64,000 nucleotides of DNA from Nitrosopumilus sp. (GTDB lineage: Archaea; Thermoproteota; Nitrososphaeria; Nitrososphaerales; Nitrosopumilaceae), in NCBI GenBank assembly GCA_965207075.1, contig CBDBLO010000002.1:2214-66213 (forward strand), given 5' to 3'. Position numbers and translations under genes: made by a program. Each line of letters opens with the position of its first letter. Positions within the stretch are counted from its first letter, which is position 1. Below the pieces are notes generated by a model. It had not been told where the DNA came from. It was given only the letters and a program-made list of their open reading frames with translations, and ran no database searches. Positions 27,293-36,800 of this stretch are shown in pieces.

Positions 27293-28778
27293 GGGAATTA
27301 TACGCATTAGTTCATCGCCGTCATTACCGCTGTAATGGCGGCCCCGAACCGAGCATATTTTGGGCGTTGTTTCTCCGCTCCGTTTTGGAGTGGTGACGAG
27401 CCGATGCTTGGTTTTCGCATCCCCCCTCCGCGGGGGAGCCCGCGGCCAAAAACCTGCCGCGGCGCGCGTCCAGTTCGCGCCTCACGAAGGCCATTCCCGC
27501 CTCCGGAGGGCCTGCCTCCTGCGTGGTGTCGGCGGGGCGCAGGCCGGCCCTCCCGATTATTATGGCGGCGCTTACGTCCGCCTGCTGAGTGTAATGGCAC
27601 GACACGCACCTGAACGTGTCCCGCGTCACGCGGGAGTCACTGTCCGTATGGCCGCACCCCGGGCACTTCTGGGACGTGTAGTGTGGCGCGACATGCTCCA
27701 GAACGACCCCCTCCATCTCGGCGCGGTTCCTGATCCTTTGCTCTATGGCGTGGTGGCGCACAAAGCGCATCTCGCGGTTCAGGCCCCTCTTGCGGGAGCC
27801 GCCCCTGCGGGTCATGCTTGATAGCTTGAGATCCTCCATGACGATTGCGCGTGGGCGGCCGGTCAGGCAGATCTCCTTTGCGGCGACGCACTCCGCGTAC
27901 GTGCGGCGGTTGAGAGCGCGCCTGAGCCTTTTGTTGAGCATGCAGAGGTGGTCACGGTACCGCCCGGACCTCCTGTTCTGTTTTGAGAGGCGGCTCTGAT
28001 GCCTTTGGTACGAGGTGCGGCCGTCCTTGAACGCGGAGGCCGTATCGTACGAGTCGGCGGCCAGCGGCCTGCCGCGGAGGTCCAGAGTTACCACAACGGT
28101 GGGCTCGACCGCGCCGCGGTCCACGCCCTTGATCGTCGTGCCGGGGCCCGTAGAGCGGGCGGCGGGAACTCCGACGCGGCAGGATACGTACAGCGTGTAT
28201 CTGTCGCCCACGATCCGGACGAACTCGTACGACCTGGGCTCTCCTGCAAGCAGCGCGTCGGGGACGTCGCACCTGACGGTTCCGAACCGTGGGAGCTTTA
28301 TCAGGCGCCTGTCAACGACGGTGGGCGCCAGGGGACACTTGAGCGCCGCGCCGCGGCCAGATTTTCTGGTCCTGTATCTCAGTTCTGATATGGTGTTGCG
28401 GCCGCGCCTCAGCATTGACTTGGCCGCCGTAAACGCGTCCCTGATTCCGGCGCTTTGGATGGCTCGGGGTACGGAGCGCATCCATTCGTCGCCGCCGCGC
28501 TTGTGCTGGGTGAACCTTGCGGACAGGCCGTACTCGTCGTTGGGATCCCACCCCTCCCTGAGGTTGGAGACGGCCCAGTTGTACGCGTGGCGCTGTCCGT
28601 GTCGCATCCTGGTGACATCCGCCTTCTGCTCCGCGCTCAGGCGGACGGGAACGCGGTACTTTCGATACGTAAACATGAGATTATTACGGTACTATACGGT
28701 AATAACGTTTTCGGGCGGGCAGGCGGCGGGGACAGTGGCAGTAGTGTGGGCGGCAGTGAACTAATGTATATAATTCCC
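27293..28778 (-). mobile_element. TnpB-only element 3 with 22-bp TIRs
   Basis: GGGAATTATACGCATTAGTTCA (27293-27314) vs reverse complement of 28757-28778 GGGAATTATATACATTAGTTCA (20/22); flanks GACGTCTT / GATGTGTT match 6/8 (possible decayed 8-bp TSD). Confidence 0.85.
27324..28676 (-). CDS. tnpB: TnpB RNA-guided endonuclease (divergent paralogue)
   Basis: MFTYRKYRV start; RuvC GVDRG / VMEDL / ADVSAA; CPGC/CVSC zinc finger. Confidence 0.93.
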   Translation of the reverse strand: MFTYRKYRVPVRLSAEQKADVTRMRHGQRHAYNWAVSNLREGWDPNDEYGLSARFTQHKRGGDEWMRSVPRAIQSAGIRDAFTAAKSMLRRGRNTISELRYRTRKSGRGAALKCPLAPTVVDRRLIKLPRFGTVRCDVPDALLAGEPRSYEFVRIVGDRYTLYVSCRVGVPAARSTGPGTTIKGVDRGAVEPTVVVTLDLRGRPLAADSYDTASAFKDGRTSYQRHQSRLSKQNRRSGRYRDHLCMLNKRLRRALNRRTYAECVAAKEICLTGRPRAIVMEDLKLSSMTRRGGSRKRGLNREMRFVRHHAIEQRIRNRAEMEGVVLEHVAPHYTSQKCPGCGHTDSDSRVTRDTFRCVSCHYTQQADVSAAIIIGRAGLRPADTTQEAGPPEAGMAFVRRELDARRGRFLAAGSPAEGGCENQASARHHSKTERRNNAQNMLGSGPPLQR

Positions 28779-28976
28779 GATGTGTTGTTCTGGATCATAT
28801 CCCATAAGACGAGGCATCTAGGGTTATAGCTGTTTTGTTCTTGGAACGAAACTTCCGTTTAAAGGAAGTATTGCTACATAAAATATTACAGCCGGTTGGA
28901 GGGGTAGGTAGCAACGGTGATCACGCGTCCGCCGCTGGCCGGGCCTCGGGGCAGCCGGGCGCCCGCCCCCCTCTCT

Positions 28977-30632
28977 TCACGGGCCGCGCCCGTTTGCGCC
29001 GTCCCCCGTGCCGCCGCACAGGGCCCCGATCGCGTCCCGGATCTCCCTCGCGTGCCTGTCGCTCATGCAGACGATCCTCGCGACCTCGCCGATCAGCGCG
29101 TCTGGGTCCGGGGAGCCCCCCGCGCGCAGCATCTGCTGCAGCCTGTTACGCACCGCGCGCACCTCGGCCTGGTCGTCCCTGCCCGGGCCGGCGGCGTCCC
29201 TGGCACCGCCGCGACCCGCCCCGGACGCGGCGGCGCCCCGGTGCCCGCTGAATATGTTGAGCATGTGGGCCGCCTTTGCGTACTCCGCCCGCACGGTCTC
29301 CCCGTATAAAATGGACTGCTTCTCGTACACGTCCTTTGGCTTGTGCCCTATCACGTGGTCGGCCACGTCCATCCGGCAGCCGCACTCTATGAGCGTGGAC
29401 TTTAGGAGGGAGCGCATCTCGTGCGAGTCCACGCGCCACGAGTTCTTGCCGGTCTTCTGCTGCACGCCGGAGCCCCAGGCCAGCCTCGAGAACGCGTTGG
29501 TCACCCACCCGCTCCCGATCGGCTTTAGCGCGCTCGACAGGAACAGCGGGAGATCCCCGCTCATGCCGCCCCCCGTCCTTGAGCGGCGCCAGTCCAGGTA
29601 CTCCTGCACGGCGGCCACCGCGTCCCGCTCCAAAAACCCCAGGTGCGTGTACCCCGTCTTCAGGCGCGTCAGAGTGACGGGCACGGGGCACCTGTCCAGG
29701 TCCCATCCGTGGTGGTCCTCCGTCCCGAAGTGGCGCGCCATCTGACCCCAGGCCTCAAAGTTGAACCGGTCTATCAGCGTGGAGACGTCAAGCCCCCTGT
29801 GCAGCTTGCAGAGCATCGCGGCCTTTTCCGTTATGGTGGGGCGCGCGGCAGTCAGCATCCTGCGCACGTCCCCGAGCGTGAGCGTCTGGATCGTCTCCGT
29901 GTTGTCGTACGTGGCGGCCGGGTCGAATGAGACCTCGATCCCCTGCTCGTTGCGCTTGAAATATGACAGTATGGCGTTGCGGGTCGAGGCCATCGTCGAC
30001 GCCCTCTTTCCCCGGTGCGCCGGGTCCATCAGGTACCTCTTCACTATGACGGCAACGTCCGAGCGTACTGCCAGCGGCCTGGCAAGCAGCTCTATCAGAT
30101 CCTCGACGCTCTCAAAGGCGGCCTGGCTCACGCGGGTATGGGAGCCGCCTGCCAGCATGCGCCCCCCGGAGCACCTCTTCCTGCCGCCTCCCCGGTGCCT
30201 TGCCACGTGGACTTCGTGCGTGCCGCTTGTGAGCCACCTGTTGAAGCGCCACAGGTGCCTCGCGTACGACGAGCGCGTGGTGTTGGCCGAGCCGCCGACG
30301 TTGGTCCTTGTACTGCCGCGGAGCTGGCCCAGCCAGAACGAGACGGTCCTCAGGCTCAGGAACTCGTCGGGTATGTGCCCGTCCTCCACCCTGTCAAGGG
30401 CGCCGGTTTTTGCGACGGCGGCAAGCCCGCGGCTCACAACCGAGATGGCGGTGGAGTCGTTTGCCGGCAGGCGGGGCCTGTGCTCGCTGTAGACCTCCCT
30501 GCAGGTGAGCCTCCTGCCGGGCTCGAAAGACCCGAATATGCCCACCAGCCTCTTTGGGACCTTGGCTCGCTCATAGTCGGCGGCAGTCGGCCTGCGTATG
30601 ACCGCGTACGTGATCTCGGGCCTGCCGTTCAC
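28977..30632 (-). CDS. Tyrosine recombinase/integrase with N- and C-terminal extensions
   Basis: Catalytic set R (LHRGLD), K (RLKTG), HxxR (SHEMR), H (VIGH), Y (DVYEK). Confidence 0.85.
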   Translation of the reverse strand: MNGRPEITYAVIRRPTAADYERAKVPKRLVGIFGSFEPGRRLTCREVYSEHRPRLPANDSTAISVVSRGLAAVAKTGALDRVEDGHIPDEFLSLRTVSFWLGQLRGSTRTNVGGSANTTRSSYARHLWRFNRWLTSGTHEVHVARHRGGGRKRCSGGRMLAGGSHTRVSQAAFESVEDLIELLARPLAVRSDVAVIVKRYLMDPAHRGKRASTMASTRNAILSYFKRNEQGIEVSFDPAATYDNTETIQTLTLGDVRRMLTAARPTITEKAAMLCKLHRGLDVSTLIDRFNFEAWGQMARHFGTEDHHGWDLDRCPVPVTLTRLKTGYTHLGFLERDAVAAVQEYLDWRRSRTGGGMSGDLPLFLSSALKPIGSGWVTNAFSRLAWGSGVQQKTGKNSWRVDSHEMRSLLKSTLIECGCRMDVADHVIGHKPKDVYEKQSILYGETVRAEYAKAAHMLNIFSGHRGAAASGAGRGGARDAAGPGRDDQAEVRAVRNRLQQMLRAGGSPDPDALIGEVARIVCMSDRHAREIRDAIGALCGGTGDGANGRGP

Positions 30633-30685
30633 ACACCACGCGTTGCGCCAACCTTACTTAATGCGCCGTGTCAAGAAACACTCGC

Positions 30686-30847
30686 AACTGGATAAATTTT
30701 TTTTGACAGGCTCGCCGCCGCACGGGTTCGCCCGCCGTGCGTGGGGCACCCGCGGCTCGGGGTCCGCGCCCGGCTGCTGGGGGTGGGGGGAGCGGGTGGA
30801 GGCGCGAACCCATACAGGCCATCATCATCATCAGCACCAACAACGCG
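30686..30847 (+). promoter_or_regulatory. Disrupted promoter/leader of S-layer copy A
   Basis: CTCGC-AACTGGA-TAAATTTTTTTTGACAGGC vs CACGC-TTATAAG-TAAATTTTTTTGACAGGC upstream of copy B; 108-bp insertion between ACAGGC repeats; ATG replaced by GCG (30845). Confidence 0.75.
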
Positions 30848-30887
30848 CAAAAGCGAGACCTACAGAAAATATACTAGCATAACGCTA

Positions 30888-33800
30888 ATGGCAATCATGG
30901 TCGCCGGGGGGCTGACCTTTGCCGTACCGGGCGCGGACCCCGTGTTTGCAGAAGTGAGCACGTCGAACCCGAACCTGTACGTATCGGCAGAGGGACAGGA
31001 CCCCGACAACATGTTTGCCGAAGGAAACATAATCGAAGTAATAATTAGAGACGATTCAATAGGAGATACAGACGAAGGAGAGGCGGAGCCCGAAGTTACC
31101 GTAAACGGAGCGGACCTCCGGATGCTGCAGACTGCCAACGGCTACTGGACGGCGTACTTTGCCGAGGTGGACGCGCTGGCGGGCGCAGCTGAAAGCCTCC
31201 CCTACGGTGTATACTGTAGCGAGACTGCCGCGTCAGCGGTGACAGGTCTTCCGCTCAGCGACGGCAACGGCGTATACCTGCCGCCCGGCTCCAACTGTAA
31301 TGATTCCAACACCAGCGCCAACGGCCACCCCCTGATAAGGGAGCCGCGCGACCTGACCAACTATGACGGCAACTCGCTGGGACAGCTTGGACTGTCCAAC
31401 GCGAACCTTTGGCCCTTCATCCAGGTATACGACTTTACGTCACTGACTGACGTCGACATCGTCTACAACAAGGGCGGCGATCGCCAGACCGTCACCCTGA
31501 CGTTTGACGACCCGTCAGAATCCCACTCGCTAGACCGCACCAAGTACCCGCAGGGCGCTCACGTGCACATCGAGCTGATGGACTATGCACTGAACATAGA
31601 CCCGACAGACGAGGACACGTGGGTGTTCGACACCCAGAACGGTGGGGCGTACTACAACGTGTTTGACGAGGACGGAAACCCGAGCTCTGAGATCAACGCA
31701 GTTGGCTCGGAGGCCGGCATCGACGAGACCGTAAGCATAAACCGCGGCGCACAGGGCAACGACGTGATCGACTGCCAGGTGACAAAGGACTTTGGAATAC
31801 AGGAGGAAGATAACGCGAGCCGCGACTACCTCGTGGTCGATGACTATGGCGCCTGCGTGCCCAACGTGGGCCTGGTCGCCGGCGCGGACGACGTGTTCAC
31901 GCCCGGCAACTTTGCCATCGGATTCGTGGAGGACGGCTCCAACAACAACGTATTCATCAACTGGGCCGAGGACCAGAGGTCCAACATCGTCGTAAAGAAA
32001 GACGCGCTGAGGGGCAACAGCTTCGAGGTGGACTACAGCTCTCCGGACGCAAAGTCCGGGGTCATAGGACACTTCTTTGCCGAGCTCGCGCTCGACGTGC
32101 CTGACGACACCTGGAACTCTGGCGAACGCATACCCATAACGCTTACCGACGAGGACGCCAACGTCAACCCACTCGCAGAGGACAACCTCGAGGTGGCCAA
32201 CCCGTACAGCCTGCTGGTGCCATCCATCAGGATCGGCTCGCCGGTCACGCTGGCGTCGGCCACAGGCGACGTGGTATGGTTTGACTTGGCAGATCCGCTT
32301 CCGCCTGACACCACAGATCCGGTGATCAGACTCACCGGACCCTCGGAGATCAGGCTGAACGTGGGCGACACCTATACCGAGCGGGGCGCCACGTGTACTG
32401 ACGCGAGGGACGGCAACCTAACGGTCTCCCAGACGTCGGCTGCACCCAACACTAACGTGGCAGGCACGTACACGCTGATGTACACTTGTACCGACACTGC
32501 AGGAAACTCGGCTTCCGTTACCAGAGTGGTAACCGTCGACGATCCTGACAGACCCGATACTGACATGCCCGTGATTACCGTGAACCCGGGCACCGACACC
32601 ATAACTGCCGGTGACACCTGGACCGACGCGGGAGCCAGCTGTACGGATGCCAGGGACGGGCCACTGACCGTGACCACGACTGGCACCGTCACCAACACTG
32701 CACCGGGCACCTACACCATAACGTACGCCTGTGAGGACAATGCAGGAAACTCCGCAACCGAGACTAGGACCGTAACCGTAAATGCCAGACAGGCTACGAT
32801 ATCACTGACCGTCGACCCAGGCCAATGGGATGACGGGGTTATCGAGCTGGACATAAGCGGAACCACGGTCAACGTCGCCGACGGCATCGTTACACTGACG
32901 TCAGATACCATTCCCAACTTTGGCGAGTATGACGTTACAGTAACCAGCAACGTGATATCAGGGATGATACCCTTTGCCAACGTTACGGTGTCCGGCACCC
33001 ACACGTTTACGGCAACGACTTCTGACGGCTCAATTAGTGGCAGCGACACGGCAAACATACCGCCGGCTATGTCACTCACCAACGTGGTTCACATAGACTC
33101 ATGGATCGATGCTGACGATGTTCCTACCGCGGATCGTGACTACATTACGCTACGGGTCGCAGGTACGGAATCCGTGTCTGGCCCTGTTACCTTGTCAGTA
33201 CTTGATGAGGACGGCGAGCTAACTGACAAGCTTGGCTTACCTGTACAGTTTGGCGACAACGGCCAAGTGCGTATCAACATCACGGATACATCCATACAAG
33301 GACCAACCCAGTTTGTCCTGACAACCACCTACGCTGGCGTAACTTCAACCTCAAACAGCTGGACTGCGAACATGCCCGTACTGCTTACCCTAGACGACAT
33401 CATCGTAAACGAATGGGACAATGGTTCACTCATACTGAACATCACAGGTACCAAGCAAGCAATCGTACCGAATGGCGGAGGCAGCGACAATGTCGATGTC
33501 CGCGTATCTGGTACTACTACAATCGTAGGTAGCGTTGAGGGTTACAGTGACGGTGTGGTAAACGGCACAGTAACACTTGCCGACACCGACTGGGCATTAT
33601 CCGGCACTACCGTACAGTTCGAACTGGTGGAAGACACAAATACTCCGACGATTTTCACGTCAGATCCCGTAGCCAGGGACATACCCTCGATCCTGACCAA
33701 CCTGCAAGTTACCACAACCGGTAGCAATGCGGGCCAGTGGAACGACGGGAACTTTGAGGTAAGGGTGACAGGATCCAGCGACGGCATTCCCGAGGATACC

Positions 33801-36800
33801 CTGATTAACTTGGAAGCGGACAACGGAGAGGCATGGATCCCAGTTGTAACCGGTGCTAATACACCAGGTTTACTACAGATACTGGCTGGCGGCGACATAC
33901 GCGCCACGGTATCCATAGATGACATCAACCTGTCCGGAAACACCGTGTTCAGACTGGTGACTGCTACCAATGGCGCTACATCCAACAACTCGACTGCCAT
34001 AAACATCCCATCCGTATTTACCTCTCTGCCGGTCATCACGGCAGATTCTGACGGCTGGGGTGGCGACAATAACATCGACATAAACGCACTGGGAACCTCC
34101 GGTCTGGCCGATGCCACGACCCTGCAACTGCGGGTGTCGACAGGCGGCGCATTTACGGACGTAGGGGCCACCAGTACCATTGCCGCCGATGCAAATGGCG
34201 CTATCAACCACACTGGATCCTTGACCGACCTATCACTGTCCGGAACATCAGCCACGTTCATACTGCAAGCCACTACCAGTGGTATTATTGTAATGTCAGA
34301 CAACGTGACCGTAAGCATACCTGCGGCACTGACCCTGGCAGACGTGAGCTTTGGTAATGCAGGATGGACGGGTGAAGAAGGCTCTCAAGTACTCAACCTG
34401 TTTGTAACAGGCAGCACCACGCTGACGGTTGGTAACGGGGCATCACTAGAATACTACAACGAAGCCACTGAAACTTGGGTTCCTGTTCCGGTCGACGGCG
34501 ATGGCCCCGCTCTCGTGGGTACAATACCTGACGACGGCGCCATAGCAGATGCGCAGGTAATCCTAGATGATCCAGAGCTGGCGGGCGACACAGTCCAGCT
34601 CAGACTGGTCTCAACTGATGATACAACCACGGCAGCATCGGCACCCATAACAAGGACCATTCCGGCACTGCCGCCATCAAGCAGCAGCGTCGACATGGCA
34701 CCCACGCCGATATCCTTCTCCGCACAGAACGGATTCCCGCCCATAACTAGGGCAGTAATCAACGACATCAGCGAGATACCGGCCGTGCACAACGTGCAGG
34801 CCTCATCACCGGTGGCAATATACACCTGGTCAGATGACGACAAGACCGTAGAGGCGTTCAGCGACAGGCTCAGACTATCCGAGCCTTCCGAGAGGAACAC
34901 CATAACGGGCAACTCGAAGATCGTCATATACGGATGGGAGCCACCCACGTTTGCCGACGGCGTCACAACGCTGTTCAACTGGAACTTTGGTTCCATACTG
35001 AGCGACAGCATCGCGGCCGGCACGATCATAACCGAGATCAGGCTTGCAAACGCAGCCCACACCGAAAGTGTGCTACTGGGCGACGGTGAATCCGGCCTGG
35101 TGGACATCACTGCCATGAAGGACGACATCGAGGCCCTCGGAGATACCGTAGACCTGGTCATCATGATGGACAACACCAACATCGACCACGTGTGCGGCGA
35201 CATTACGTTGGTTGCTGACTTCTTCACGTTCGGACAGAACGACGATGACGGTAGGGTGAACAACGCCATATACCGCATCGAGGTCGAGGAGGCCAGCAGC
35301 AACTCTGCCGACTTTGAGGGCACCGTGGAGTACACCATGCTCAACCAGCTGAACATCGACGATCCGGCCACGTACACGGGCCTGAGGACCATCTCAGACC
35401 AAGTGTCGATCATAGTCCACGAGGACTTTACCGACGAGGACTCCGTGAGGGTCAACTATCTCGACTTGGGCGCCGACGGCGTATCAACCCAGATAGCGAT
35501 CCAGCAGGCGGCCCCGACGCACAGCGCCGTGGTCTCCTTTGACGCGGAGAGCTACAAGGTTGCCGACACCGTTACGATAACGCTGGAGGATGCCGACCTC
35601 AACGTCCAGAACGACGTGATAGACATCTACACGTTCTCATCTGAACTCACGGACTACATCGGAGACGACAAGGCCTACATCCTCGACGTCACATTTGACG
35701 ACGAGCTATGGACCTCCGGAGAATGTGAGGGAGCCGACGGATTTGCATCCACCGGCTTCACGCTGCAGGAGACTGCGGCAGGCTCCGGCGTCTTTACGGG
35801 CGACTTCCAGATACCCGAATACTACTGCCAGTCGAGCACCACCACCATGGTCTCCGTAACCGGCGTGGACATTGAAGTCAACTATCAGGACTTCCGTGAC
35901 GCGTCCGGCGAGGAGATCGAGGTCGGAGCGGGAGCGGCGGTTCGTGCCAACACTGGTACGGTATCGCTTGACCGCACCGTATACCCGGTGCCGTTCGCGG
36001 CAGACGTGTTCGAGCACACCACAGGCACGCTCGGCCAGCACGATCTGACGGTCCACGTCACCATAGACGATCCGGACTTTGACATATCGGCTGCCGGCGA
36101 GGACGTGATATCCAACGCCACCGAGTACCTGACCGTACAGGTCATACGCGGCTCGGCATCCCAGACGATCGACCTTGACGACGCGCAGATCCTCGAGACC
36201 GCGCCCGACAGCGGCGCATTCGAGCTTGACCTGCCACTCGCGTACGACGCCGGTCCGGACGGATCGATACTGCAAGGAGACATCCTGCAGGTCGAGTACC
36301 GCGACCCGACTGACGCGTCAGGCGAGGAGAACACCGTCACAGACTCTGCTACCTTCGACCTGCGCAACGGCGTGCTCCAGTCCGACAAGTCCGTCTACAT
36401 CATCGGCTCAGACATGATCCTGACGCTGATAGAGCCGGACCTTGACCTGGAGAACGACGGCGCCGAGTCCTACACGCTCGACCTGATCGAGTGGGACTCT
36501 GACGCAGCGACGCTCGGCATGGACAACCCAGTGTTCGATCCAGAGCCATCCGAGCTCCGTGAGACTGGAGACTCCACCGGAATATTCCAGGTGATAGTCG
36601 AGATTCCCGCGGAGATCGACGGCGACCGCCTCGAGAGGGGTGAGGAGATCGAGCTCGAGTACGTTGACTGGGGTCCGTCAGGCGCCGACTATGTCGGCGA
36701 CGAGAGTGAGGACGTCGGACTGACGGTATTCACCTCCAACTTTGGCGCGACCATCGAGCTGGACCAGAAGGTGTACACGTGGACCGACAAGGTCTACATC

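Noticed and set aside
30741-30887. GTG 30741 as the true start of S-layer copy A
   Set aside because: It lies inside the 108-bp insertion, has no TATA at the proper distance and encodes a non-homologous, non-signal-like extension; cannot be excluded without expression data
33070-34700. Diversity-generating retroelement as the source of S-layer variation
   Set aside because: No reverse transcriptase in the window; differences include indels and all base types over 1.6 kb rather than adenine-specific changes in a short VR
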